NCBI GenBank assembly: GCA_040954595.2
Contig: CM082576.2
Coordinates: 10,047,129-10,111,128, forward strand
DNA from: Balanoglossus misakiensis
Taxonomy: Eukaryota > Animalia > Hemichordata
Reading direction: 5' to 3'
Length of the DNA: 64,000 nt
The stretch's first letter is position 1. Each line of letters starts with the position of its first letter. The translations under genes were made by a program, and so were the position numbers. Below are positions 49,633-62,847 of this stretch, piece after piece. A model generated the notes under the pieces. That model saw only the letters and a program-made list of their open reading frames with translations, had not been told where the DNA came from and searched no databases.

Positions 49633-52600
49633 ATGAGTACTGTGGTGACCCCCGAAGATCTTGCTGAAGATTTCTCGATGTTTGACATCGAATTAACGGA
49701 CCCTGAAACAGTCGAAAAATGTAAGTGTGGCGGTTGCGAGTTTCAAGTGTCCTGATCCAGCCTCCTCGGGTTTGTCTTGTCATTTGCCTTTCACTGATAC
49801 ATATATCTGATGTACATTTCATTTGCATAACCATAATTCTTGACTTTTATCAATAATCGTATTGTTGATTTGATTTGATTGACAGTTTTCTTATACAAAT
49901 GTACTTCATTATTTTACTTTATTTAATTGCCATCATAGTGCAAGAATTATGCACAATATTTCGACAAGACAGTTCTTCCCTGGTGGACGAATGGATTGCG
50001 TTTTCACAAACCCACAAAAAGGTATCACTCTCCATGGACTCTCTTGAACAGTTTGAGAGAGAGGTAAGTCACTCCCTGAAGAATTGCCAGGTTTATCACT
50101 TCTCTTATAGTCTGTCTTGCTGTTTACAGTCCATCACGTTTTAATTATTTGTTCAATCAAAACTTTTGTTTGAGTGTTGCCAGAAATATGCCATCATCTT
50201 TATGTCATGCACTTCCCCTTACAGAGATTTTTACCTGAAATGATGGATCCAATACCAATGAAAATGCCAGGGTGTAAATTAATAAAAATAGCAAAAGTTC
50301 AACCTGGAATGTTATACCCTATTCCATCATTTATTTTACCTGTACCTCTGATTGATAGACAACTCTGAACATGCTTTGTTTTTTCAGTGGATGAATAGGA
50401 AATCACAGAAAAGCAAGACACCACTCGTAAAGAGAGAGAAACAAAGAGTCTATGATGTCACTGCAGTTGGAGACATGTATCCTTTGGTTTACATCAGGAG
50501 TGATCTACAACAGCTAAGTTTTTGGGCGAGCGGAAATATACACAATGCTAGGAGGGGGAAATATACCATAGTTTTAGCCTGTCTGAATACTGCATTTCGT
50601 TGATTACATGTTCCCGGACTACTACATGTATGTACATTCCTTACATGATTTGTATTACACAGTATTGATGATGATGACAATGATGATCTCTTCAATGCGT
50701 ATTCTACACCTGCAGCAAAGGTAACATTTGTGATGAGGATTGAAGATCTTTGGATAGGGGGGGGGGATACTATGTATGTGAAGTGCAAAAGAAAGCACTA
50801 TTCTCATATCCATGGATTATGAATTTTGAATTTGTCTTTCATATGATATTTATGAGGGATCTCATCGTCTTTCGATATTCTCATGTGGACTTTTCCTAGG
50901 GTAAGAATAAAAGACTTCACACAACACCGGAAAATATATCCAATAAAAGAGTGACTTCTCTCGGGAAAAGTCCTTCCATTCCGTATTCACCAGGATCTTT
51001 GCCGTCACCAGTGTAAGTAAAACCTATGCTGCATGCACTGTTAAAATACAGAGCGACGAATAAAGATACATTTGACCAGTTCTGGTAATGTTACAAAATG
51101 TAGCGTTACAATATTGCTGTTGTTTTAACTTTGTAGTGTTTTCCAGACCAGCCATTCAACTAATTTATTACTGTATCAATACAGATGTTTTATAGTTGAA
51201 ACAACAAGCCCATACGAACTACTGTATGTGCATGATGAAAAATTTGATTTGCACTTGCATTTTCAGAGGCACTCCTTCCCAGAAATATTCAAGTCGTACA
51301 AACAGAGGAGAAGCTGTTGCGAAGTATGGAGACCAGACAGAAACCAAGTGGCATGGCAGTGGTCCACAAGGCTGTATGATAGAGCTGTACGACAAGGACA
51401 ATGCGATCACAGGCAACATCAACTACATGTTCCAGAAATGGACTGATAAAGCACATGGTAAGAAGAGTATTGTAATACACTGCTTGTCAGTTTTGCTGCA
51501 ACATGGTTGATGTAGAAGGAATCTAGTTACCGGTACATATACAGACCTCTGTATAAACTTGAAAACCTGAACATCTCTGTGTATGGTATACTTATCAGTA
51601 CTGACAAACATATTACTTTCACTTTCAGTTTTGAATGATATCATAGAAGACCTTGGTTGTGAATTGCAGAATTGTCATGTGATTGAAAACTTGTGCCATG
51701 TTGCCATCCCCATACAGGTAAGGAGTTAGGACCTAGGAAGCGGATAATCCTAATCAACTACTCTACCTCCTGTGTCAGTTTTTGAAAAATGCAAACCAAA
51801 CGAACCACATGCATGATTGACAATGGTGGCATCAATGTGTTGCTTTGAGTTTGGAGCAACTTCCTTCAGAAAAGATGCTGTGTACTTGATCCAGAATAAA
51901 CTGTCACACACTAAGGACTATGTGGGCCACATTTCTCCTAATTTCTCTTTGTCAATTCAACAGGAAAGCATGACAGTGGCTGGGCGCATCTGCTGCGACA
52001 GCAACGGCAAGATGAATTCCCAGTCGGTGATGCTGGAAGGATCGGTGGGAACGTCTCGTGGCAGGAGAGTCCCTCTACTCCTGAAAAACCTCAAGGAATA
52101 TTCCCTCTTCCCCGGTCAGATTGTCCTCATGGATGGTATCAACAGCACTGGAACAAAATTGGTGGTCAATAAAATGCATGAAGTAAGTTATTATGAGTCA
52201 GACAAATTTGTCGCTTCTTACGGTTTTTCCTATACATGTACATGTATGTGGGTCCAGCTAAGCGATCAGAAACATTGAGGTTAAGCCAAGATAATTTGAA
52301 AGCTAATAGGTTTAACACGCCACACATTGATTCTGCCTACTAACTCACACAGAGTAATATGTTGCCATTGAACAAGTTGTATACTTTTCTGTACAGGGTG
52401 TCATTTTGCCATTCAATGAGGGCGAGAGTGATGCCACCGGACCTACGTCAGTGCTGACTGCAGCTGGTCCGTACTTCACATCAGACAACCTCGGTTTTGA
52501 ACCTCTGAACGATCTCATACAAGTCATACAGAAAGAGAAGCCTGATGTCTGTATTCTGGTGAGTTCTGACAGATCTTTGCACGGTATGGAATATAGACTC

Positions 52601-54372
52601 TCATTCATCCCCATTTTCTAGTGCACAGTCCAACCATACCACTTTCATAGAGTGAATTGGGTACAGGAAAAATACCCTCGTTCATGACAACATGCTGAAA
52701 TAAGTCCCTATATGAATATTTCTCTCTCTTTACAGTTTGGACCATTCCTGGACAGCAGGCATGAACTAATTGCAGTAAGTACAACTCTCACAGATGCTGT
52801 TATAACCTTCAGTGTAACAGATCTTCCTCTGGCACTGTACATTTTCATGGAGGTCAACTTTATTAAACACGTCATGTTACAGACGGCTAAGGTGTCGAGG
52901 GGGGTATCAACATAGCTTACAAGAAACGTCTTAAAGTTTCATGGCAATGTGAACCAGTTGTTCATTACTTTCAATCTATTACATGAAATGCTGATTTACT
53001 GATTTTGAAAAATCCTCGCTTTCCCTTTCAGAACGGAATGGATGGAATGGATATGACATTTGAAGAACTTTTCACTTGCTTGCTATCTACTATTATAGAA
53101 AAAACTAAATCGTAAGTTGTTTGCTTTGTGTTTCAATGCTTACTTTTGCCAGCAAGTCTGTGTTTCTCTGAGTACCATACATCTTCCTCTTTATATAGAA
53201 GTCTTTAAAAACTTGGGCAAATGAAGATAACACTGCAAATTTTCTGAAATCTCTCATTTCTTGCCTTCTATTGCCAGTACATCAACCCATTTAGTGTTTG
53301 TCCCCTCACAGAGGGATGTCCACCATGAATATGTGTACCCACAACCACCCTTTCAAGTCCCAGATTCAAATTTACTGAAACACGAGGTGAGATAGGAGTT
53401 TCATTGTTAATATCAATCTGTGCACTGCTGTCACATTCTGAGAACATATCATTGGGGGAAAAAACGTATTTCTGGAAATATTCTTAACAACCATTTGACT
53501 TATTTCAGCTTCACAGGGTCCATTTTGTATCTGATCCAAGCACACTCAACATCAACGGTTTAATATTTGGAGTGACCTCATCAGATATTTTATTCCATCT
53601 TGGAGCTGAGGAGATCTCCTGGTAAGTATCCATTTATGAAGTCCTGGAAAAATGGTTTTGGTAGTTTTCAAGGTCGAGCAAAGCCCTGCCAAGTCCTTAA
53701 CTGTGCCATGGCATACACTCTACATCTAGGTCGTTGTGTTCTCACTTCTCACAGGCCAGTAGCCGCATCTGACAGACTAGCCAGGCTGTGCAAACACATC
53801 CTAATGCAGCACAACTACTACCCCCTCTTTCCTCCGGCTGAAGAGATGAACATCGATTATGAATATTTTGAAGAGTATGCCAAGATGCAGATCACTCCAG
53901 ATGTCCTCATTCTTCCGTCCGATCTCAGGTTCTTCATCAAGGTGGGTTTGTAACTTCGGATGTTATGTCTGTTTGACAAGCTGAAAGAAGCAACAGTGTT
54001 CAACGTGTGGACTTTCTAAAACGTGGTCATATTTTTGTGGCCAGTACTGCAGTTTTCTTTCTGTAGAAGATTATTGCAGTAAAAAAAATACATTTATCTA
54101 TATTGACAAAACCTGTCTGTTTAGTGTGTGGATAGCGGGAATTTGCATTGATAACTGTGGAGATTGTGAAACGTTTCTTAATGCAAAGTGATGTTTTTTT
54201 TCTTGGAACTTAGGATGTTGCTGGCTGCATCTGTGTCAATCCGGGTCGCATAACAAAAGGTCAAGTCGGAGGCACATACTGCAGAATGGTCATCAATGCC
54301 AAAACCAAGGAGGACAAGACAAGCAGCGGTGGTGTGGTGCGACGGACGAGGGCACAGATTCTTAAATTATAA
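49633..54372 (+). CDS. POLA2: DNA polymerase alpha subunit B
   Basis: Exons 49633-49720, 49939-50063, 50388-50476, 50663-50720, 50900-51012, 51267-51457, 51629-51717, 51964-52182, 52397-52558, 52736-52774, 53032-53111, 53278-53386, 53509-53621, 53755-53941, 54214-54372. Motifs TPSQKYSSRTNRG, GRICCDSNGK, YSLFPGQIV, AAGPY, PDVCILFGPFLD, VYPQPPF, YYPLFPP, TPDVLILPSDLRFFIK, VNPGR. Confidence 0.95.
50477..50662 (+). other. Probable U12-type GT-AG intron in POLA2
   Basis: 5' site GTATCCTTT; branch-like TTCCTTACA at 50637-50645; no real polypyrimidine tract before the AG at 50661-50662; frame preserved. Confidence 0.8.
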
Positions 54373-55046
54373 CAATGGACCTGTCACATTTACCATGATG
54401 TAATGCTTGTGTGCATAAGTCATGGTGTTGATTCCTGGTCCTACAGAAATTCAAGTCACAATTCTGAACCAGGTGTTGTGGGCGGAAAATATTTTTCATG
54501 ATCAACTGGAAATTGTTTGATTTGTAAACCTTGAGATTATTATTGCGTCAGATGTTTCTACTTACCACTACATGTATATACAATATCTGTAGTAAATGTG
54601 CTCATTTAATAATATAAAAATATAATAAAGCCATACTGATCTTGCTATATCTGTGTACTAGATCAATTTGTGTGGTGTTTCTTTGTTCTCAAAGAGTATT
54701 CATTTCGGACCGCTTTGGTGTACGTAGTGAATCAACGTGGTGTTGTTTTAGACAGTCTTAGGTGGTTAATCTGCGCATGAACTTTATTTATACCGAGCTA
54801 GAAGGTCTGAATCTAGGACGCTATGTCGTCCCTACGTCTCCGGGGGCTAACGCCTCTGAGGACTTTTGCCTGTAATTGATATAACAGTGATTCAGTCTGA
54901 TTTACTTTTACGTGTAATAAAATTTAGTCAATGGTGTAAATACGTGTTAAGTTTAACATTATTCGTATCTATCCGAAAACGTGGTGTATTTTGTAACATA
55001 CGACTTCTCCTTGTGTGGCAACGTATGCGCCCCCGGGATATTCAAG

Positions 55047-58000
55047 ATGGACGACGCCAATCTGACAAAGCTACAAGTGTCTCCAGGCACTTTGTCGCCG
55101 AAATTTAACAAGGATGTCACTGAATACAGTATTACGGTTGCCAGCGATGTCGAGAAGGTTAATTTTAGCTGTATGACCAGTGACAGCGGTGCTTCCTACC
55201 AAATATTGGTGAGTCTTGTGTCAGGATGTCGTGAGCCACTCTGCAGAAAATGATCGATCGGTCAACCAGAGGTTACATTTTTTCGACTGTCGAGTGATTG
55301 TAATATTTAAACTGCAAGGCAAGCGCCAGGACTCTAGCCACATGCGCAGGTTTCACTGACTGTGACAGCAGCTTGATTCAAGCTGTTACATGTATCGCAG
55401 CCGATGACTGACTCTTGTCTGTACAAACAAATGATGACACTTTGAAGGTGGGCGGGGCTAATAATTTTCCAAGTCGTCAATGTTCTTGGGGAAACTGCCA
55501 TAACACTACAGTGGGATGACCAACGTCATCATCTTTTCAGGGAAGTGGTGGCAGTAAGAGCATCGCAGTCAAATCAGGTGATGTCACCGTTATTAAGATA
55601 GAAGTAACATCAGAGGATGGTACAACAAAACTTTACCAAGTGAATGCCAAGAGGTTATCGGCAAAAGATGCGTCGTTGACTTCACTACAGTTGTCTGTGG
55701 GAGTGTTAGAACCAGAGTTTGCAATTGACACTTTGAGTTATGCATGTAAGTACACATAATAAAATTATGGTTAATTAGCCCATAATAAATGTAGTTTTAT
55801 AATTCTTACTAATATAACTTTATGCCCATATTAAAAAGACAACAAAAAAGAGCCATTCCTCCATTCATCTTTCTTATATCAGGTGTTGTACCATTTTATG
55901 CAAGTTCTGTCACTGTGAAAGCTGTGGCTCCTGATAAGAAGAATGTTGTCAAAGTGTGCGGAGGCGATCCTTCTGCAGCGATTTCACTGAATGTTGGAGA
56001 GACCCCCATTGAAATTGCAGTGACATCAGCAGATGGATCCAATACAGGGGTATGTGTGTTCATGATAGAGACATGTTTCCACAATACAATACAATACAGT
56101 GTATAATATACATTTCAGTGAAATATTAAAAGAAAACCTAACAAACCACTTCTTTGATCCACAATTTCCTCCTACACACAGGTCTACAAAGTAGCAGTGA
56201 CAAGGAAGCAACTGACAAGAGCTGTACGGTTTGTAGACAATCAGAAAGCTGCAAAGTATGAGTGTCCAATCTGTCTTGGACCGTTCTACTGTCCGATCAG
56301 TATCAAGGGATCCGAACCAAAGCATGTGTTCTGTGCACCTTGCATCAGTGAGTTGACCAGAACCTCCAAGTTTGACCCTCTTGATGAGACACCCCTTGAG
56401 TTGGAATGGAAGGTTCCTGAGAGTGGTCTGGACAAGGAGATGTCATCGGCTATGGTGCATAGTTTGTATGCATATGCAGGTGAGCAGTGGATATGTGGAA
56501 TCTGTGATTGCATATCAAATCATGAGATACACATGTAGAAGAGTGTTTGACAGTATTATGCTCACACAAAATCAATACAAGTTGCTCGAAATTGTACTTC
56601 TTGTATTTAGTGGGTTACTATATGAAGAAAAAAGTCTCATTTTGCAAAAGCTAATTTTGTGCATGTTTCTCGGTGAAAACAGTTTGCTCTGATTGAACTG
56701 TTGTAAGTGTATCTTTTGTGGACATGGCCTTTTTATTAGTTGATGTCTTTTTCAAATGTGAAATGTATGTGAATGAAAACACTGATGTATGCAAATTCTT
56801 GTATTCACAGGAGCTGAAGAAAAAGTCAAGTATGGTGAGTTAGGAACTCATGCCAAAGAAAGCAGTCACAAACCGAAGCTAGATAAAGAGGTAAGGGTTT
56901 GTACAGTTAATTGTGCCATTGTAGTATAGAATCAAACATCACTGAGTGAAGCAGTGTCGTCATTGCTCAACAAGTGTTGTTTTGTTTAGTAATGACACAT
57001 GACTCCACATATTCGTGATTTTTTATCTTAATTCTAAAGTCACCAGTTTTGAAGTTGTATGCCTGACATAATGAGTCTTCTCTATAACATGGCTGTATGT
57101 TTGTCCCACAGGAAAATGGCGAGTCGTGCGGTGACTGCAGCAGGAAAATACCCAAGGGAGAAATGGAGTGGCACAAAGCCAAACTCTGCACAGCGAAGCA
57201 CACCAACAGAGATACAAAACATTCAGCTCAGGTAGAACATTATATAGAAAAGACATTAAATGTATTTCTTTTGTATTCTTTGGACAATCACTGGAGCTTT
57301 GTCATTTGGGTCAGTTTTTCTTCCCAAGAGAAAGCTGACTATATGCATGTGTAATTTATTTTAAAGGTCAGAGGTTGGGAGAAGAAGATGCAGCAAGTAC
57401 TTGGCGAAAGCAGTGTGGATAAACTGGTGAAAAATGCACAAGATCTTCTCAAGAAGTACAAGCAAAACCTACCAACACACGGCAAGTAGTGAACTCATTG
57501 TAGTACTCACTGTAAAACTGCTATCCTTCAACTGTTGTTTATATTTTGGCAAAGTTTATGAGCAACATTAACTACACAATGAAAAAAATACCAGACTCAT
57601 AGACTGTTCTGAACCTTGAAATTTTCATGCCAAAAGTTTGTAATCTTTGTGGTCATCCGCTGTTTACTCTGTGTCGTACAGGTAGGGCCGGTTCCCACGA
57701 GGAAGGTCAGTCACCTCTAGATTTCCTGACCACTGCATCACACAACTTGGCCAGTGCCATCAAAATCAAGGGTAAAGATGGAGAGTTACACTATCAGCTG
57801 GGTTTGGTTCTGGAAGAGCAATACTATGCGGCTGATATGTATGGATTGAAGAAGGAGAAAGATGTAAGTGGGGGAGGGTTGGAGGGAGTTGTGAGGGAGG
57901 GAGGGAGGGGGTGGGTGAAGGAGGGACAGACAGACAGAATGAAGACAGAGAGAGAGAGAAAAACAACCAGATCCTCATTGCTGTGAATTATAACACATGC

Positions 58001-61000
58001 AGATTGAAATCAATGTGACACCTTTTGGATTTCAATTCTTCAGGACATGGAAGACAGCTTTGCTGCCCTCAACGTCGGCTCCAAACACGAGACCACCGAA
58101 GAGGAAGACATCCGAGCATTGTGTCAGCAGAGGGGGGTAGGCGCTAATGCCCCTCTATCAAGGATTTTACAAGCTATTGATGAGGAACTCAGGTACCTGA
58201 AGGATTCGGGGCAATCTGCAAAGGCTGATTATGTCCAAACACTGTACATGCTGAAATCCAAAGAGGCGACACAGGTAAAAGTCATTTTGTAAATCAAATA
58301 CATCGGCCTGAAATAAACGTGCACACTTCAGCCAAAATATAAATACATGTATATAAATTTCATGAACATTTACTTGTTAGTTTTACAGTGCATTTTTGCA
58401 AGAATAAAACTTACTATACAAATGTATCCATGTTTATAAATTATAAATTGCTCTTTCTGGTGTCTGTACAGTACAGACTGGTGTATTTTCTATCAACAAC
58501 TTCTCTTGCTAACGTTACAGGGCGGCAAGACTGCACAGGCAGCATCCAGCGAGGAGACATCACTAGGCCAAGCTCATCTGAAATTCATGGATGCCGTGTC
58601 AGTTAGTCAGAACAACGCCGTGTACAACCTGCATGCTGGGAGACTTCTGTTGCTGCAAGGCAAAGTGGAAGACGCTCTGCAACGTCTTGAAGTGGCTGTT
58701 GGGTTGAAGCCGTGCCTTCCAATTGCAAGGTGATGTGTGGTGTGGTGTCCTTCATTGAAAATGACTGATCGTAAACGCATATTACTATCAATTGAATTTG
58801 AATATCTTACTGTATCTTGGCAGTGTTGAACTGGGAAGCCCTGAAGTCGGCATTTCATTGATTGTCACAATTATGATGTTTATTCCTCAAATAAATGACA
58901 TAAAATTCAAATTCATATTCAAATGGAGCAGTGAATCTTATTTCTATTAAATGTAAACATGATTTGATTTATAAATGTGTTTTGAAGGGTAATGTAGAAA
59001 TACATGGTAACTGCTTACTCACGGTGGCCATTCTCTGTTTCTGTAGATTTTACCTGGGATTGGCGATAGCAAGTCAGCCGAACGGTGCTGGCAGTAGAAC
59101 CAAGGAAGCAATCACTTATCTACATGATGGAGTGGAGTACATGCTGGAACAGTGTACGGTGGCTGCCAATGCTGACAAAGATAAGAAGTAAGAATGGCAG
59201 CCATTTTTTTGAAAATAAAAAATTGTGTCAACACCCCCCTCACAAATGAGAATCCAAAAATCGGCAATTAAAAGAATGATTGTACATGTACTTTCAACTG
59301 TAGCAATCATACATCATACATAATTACAGCGATACCAATCATTCTAACACTGACTGTTTTGCCTTATTAGAGATAGCCCATCCCTACATTCAGAAGATGT
59401 ATGGCGTAGCTCCAATGTTCAGCTGCTCAGGGGTCTCGTAGAGTGTGGGAAGCTTCTGAGTAAGTCGCCGCAAGAAAAATGTCTGACGCCTGAAGAGATG
59501 TTCCACAGGTAAGTGAGATAATTTGGAATGTGGAAATCATCCATTAGTTATTCAGTATTAAAACTACAGCCAGTTAATCAAGCAGAGAGAGATAGGTTGT
59601 CTCTGTTTTAATGTTTTTTTTTTTTATTGGACATACATGTATTGCATCTGAATTTAATTCCATTCCCATCCCTACAGTGCCGCCAAGATAGCGGCCCACA
59701 ACATCTGTACACTGGTGTCTCGTGGTGATATCTACCAATCTATGGAGTGGGTCCTCTTAGACAGCCACTCTTCGTTGTTGGAGCTGATGCTGGCCAAGAA
59801 GGCAGATCCTGGCCAGATAGCAGAGAGATGCCAGCGACTCTCGGCTCTCATCAAATCATCCACCGTACCCCAGAGTGTACAGATCTTACAACTACAACAG
59901 AAGGTAATGTGTGTGTGATGTCAGTAGATTTTAATGTTGTCTAGGTTTATTCTGTGGTGTCTATTCTGACCTGCTTTACTTGTGTGTACTGGAATGAAAG
60001 TGTGTGTGAAAATGATTAAAAAATACTAGTTGCTTGAAGTACACTGTAAGGCGCAGTAAAAGTTTATTCAAGTTACAGGGCTGTAGGCTTAATCACCAGC
60101 CCATTCTGCTGTTGTGTCATCAGGCACTGACAATTCTTAAATGAAGCCAACCTTTTTAGCAATTATTTCCTTTTCTGCACAGACCTGCGAGACAGGAGTG
60201 ATTATCCAGCCATGTAACAGTCGCAGTCTGTATCTACTGGGCAATGCACAGCTGGCCATGCATGAGAACGAACCCACCTCAGAGAAGGGCAAGAAAGCTT
60301 TGGAAGACGCCCAGTTGTCATTTAGAGCCAGCATTGAATTGGAAGGGAAGCCTGGTGCGGGAGATCCACCTCCACAGTTAGCCAGTAAGTAATCACTAGC
60401 ACTGCTTTTAAGTTCCTTTTTTGTGATTGTACATGCATTTTACAGATTTGGTCCTCGCTTCTGTCCTTTTGTACACAACCTTTTGGATAGGTAAAATGCT
60501 TACCCGGTTTCTTGGCATTTAAAGGGCAGATTAAATAAAGTGCCATAGATATGTCCAAATATAAACAAACATGGAGCTCATCTTATACTTATGGAAATTT
60601 GAATTGACCCCACCTTCAGAACAGCAATGGTGGGTCGACAGAATCAAGAAAGAAGAGGAAGAAAAAAAAGCAGCGGAGGAGAAAGCTAAAGCAGCACAGG
60701 CACCTGCCAAGGGAACTGCACCAGCAAGGGGCGGCGCTGCAGCCAGAGGCGGTCCTGCTGCCAGGGGTGGCGCTGCGGCAAGGGGTACGTGTTTACACTG
60801 TCATTTTTTCCTTCTATTATTAGAATGTAATTTGATTTTGTGAAAGTCACTGCATTTGTACTAGCCTCCTAAATTTCAACAGGATGAGTTTTTGCAATCT
60901 CAGCGGCTACGGCAAATGAACTACAGTGTACATGTATGTAACTGATTTCTCTGCTACCCCATTTTCAGGTGGTCGTGGTGGTGCTGCGGCTGGCCGCGGT

Positions 61001-62847
61001 GCCCCCGCAGCGAGGGGAGGTGCAGCTCGTGGTGGTGCTGCCAGGGGAGGTGCTGCCGCAAAGGGTGCACCTGCAGCAAGGGGAGGTGCAGCACGAGGTG
61101 GCGCTGCAGCAGCGAAACCAGCTGCAGGAAAAGCTGCAGTGCCCGCAAAGCAACCTGCAGCAGCCCCACCAAAGGCGGATGCGAAATCACCAGGTGAGTG
61201 TTAACCTGCAGCTGTGTGTAGCAGTTATGGCAAAACACATAATGTGTTGAGTTGTCACTGTTTTGTTAACGTGGCCATCTTGATGCCATAGTTATGTTGA
61301 CACCAGGAGAATGGCAGTTATTTTTCGTGCAAGTTAACCAAGTAAATCCACTTTGTCAGTTTCCATGAATCCTGCAACTTTCAATGATTTTTCAACAACT
61401 ACATTATGTACAAATTAAATGTAAAATTAGTTTTGATCATTAATAATGTTTTTTTTTTCAAATCACTAAAGAAAAATAGTTGAGTATGTGCCATCTTACA
61501 TTCTGACAAACTTCGTGTTGTTGCAGAACCCCCGAAGGAGGAAGCAAAACCAAAAGCAGAAAGCAAACCAGTGCCAGCCAATGTACCATTGAACAAAATG
61601 AGTCATCTGGCCAGATTGGGACTGGCTAGGGTTCTGGTGAAGGACCCCAGCAGTGCCGAGGAGGGTCACATGCTTTATCAGGACGTGATTACAATGGCGC
61701 CTGGGGTAGGTGGAGATATGCAGGGTCTGTTGAAACATTCTGAAATCGTGTGTATTGCTTGATGGTCAGTTATCTGGTTGTTATAGGACTATTCACGCTC
61801 TCTTGGGATTTCTGATGTAATGCATGAATATACTGATGAAAATTTGTGGTGTATTAAGTCATCAAGATATTCCCATGTTATGCTATGGTCGGATTTTGAG
61901 TAGGGCTTGAACTACTGTAGTGCAAAGTTCTGTAAGTAGAGCAGTGCAAGTGATTTTGCAATGAAATTTTAAAAATCTTGGTAGTGCTAAAACGGTTGTG
62001 AATTTGCCCCCTTTAAAGTTAACATGTTGGAGAAATTCTCACTGCATAATGATCTGACCACATCTCTGTTAGGTGCACGATGCTTACATCGAACTGGGTG
62101 AATTGTTGGTGAAGACGGACCCTCTCAAGGCCGTGGATGTCTACGCCAAGTTTCCCTTCCCGGAGGGAGAGCCTTCCTTCGACGACGCCTACATCCACGG
62201 CGAGATTGTGCGGCTGCTGATGAAGAAGGAACAGTTCGATGACCCCAGACTGGAGAAGTACATGATTGCCTGGGGGAGAGTCATGGGTATCGGTGAGTTG
62301 GGGCAGGCTGCTTCTACACCTGTCACTGCCACAGTTTGGTGTGATCCCGTTGTTTTCACTGTGCATGGATCAATCCATTGACAGAGATATGAGGGTGGAA
62401 GGGGCTACGAATGAGATGGAATCTTTAAAAAGAACGTGAATGCACTGCATGTTATGATACTGTTCAGAAGTGACAATACTGATTATGAACTATCACATGT
62501 AGTATTCTATAACTTTTCATGGAATTAATGCAATACAGCAAGATTGTTTCATATGATTGCCCAAAAATTGAAACCAGTTCAAGTAAGAATTCAACAGTTT
62601 ATATGAAATTAAGGTTTGTTTACTCAATTGGAAATATGAACACAGTTGGGCCATATCGCAGTGCACCAGTCTGTGAATCTTATATCTTGCTGTCTTTTTT
62701 CCATCAGGTGCTCTTGAGAAGTATGTTGACATTCTGGATTCCAAGTTCAAGAGCAAGCTACTGATGAATGTCTATGCCGGGGTCAACAACAAAAGCCGTG
62801 ATGATTCAGACATGCAGGCCTTCTTCAAATTTAAGATGTGGTTATGA
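55047..62847 (+). CDS. Uncharacterised multidomain protein: 2x cadherin-like beta-sandwich (PF12733-type), degenerate RING, TRAF-type zinc fingers, TPR-like helices, RGG repeats
   Basis: Exons ~55047-55208, 55541-55745, 55883-56049, 56182-56479, 56811-56890, 57112-57231, 57367-57481, 57682-57863, 58044-58274, 58521-58729, 59047-59187, 59371-59508, 59678-59903, 60183-60384, 60620-60784, 60969-61193, 61527-61705, 62073-62292, 62708-62847, in phase through to TGA. Motifs DANL..L..LSPKF....EYSITV / IEVTSEDGTTKLYQV (twice), CPIC..HVFCAPC, CGDC..H..C, YQLGLVLE, YLLGNAQL. Confidence 0.85.
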
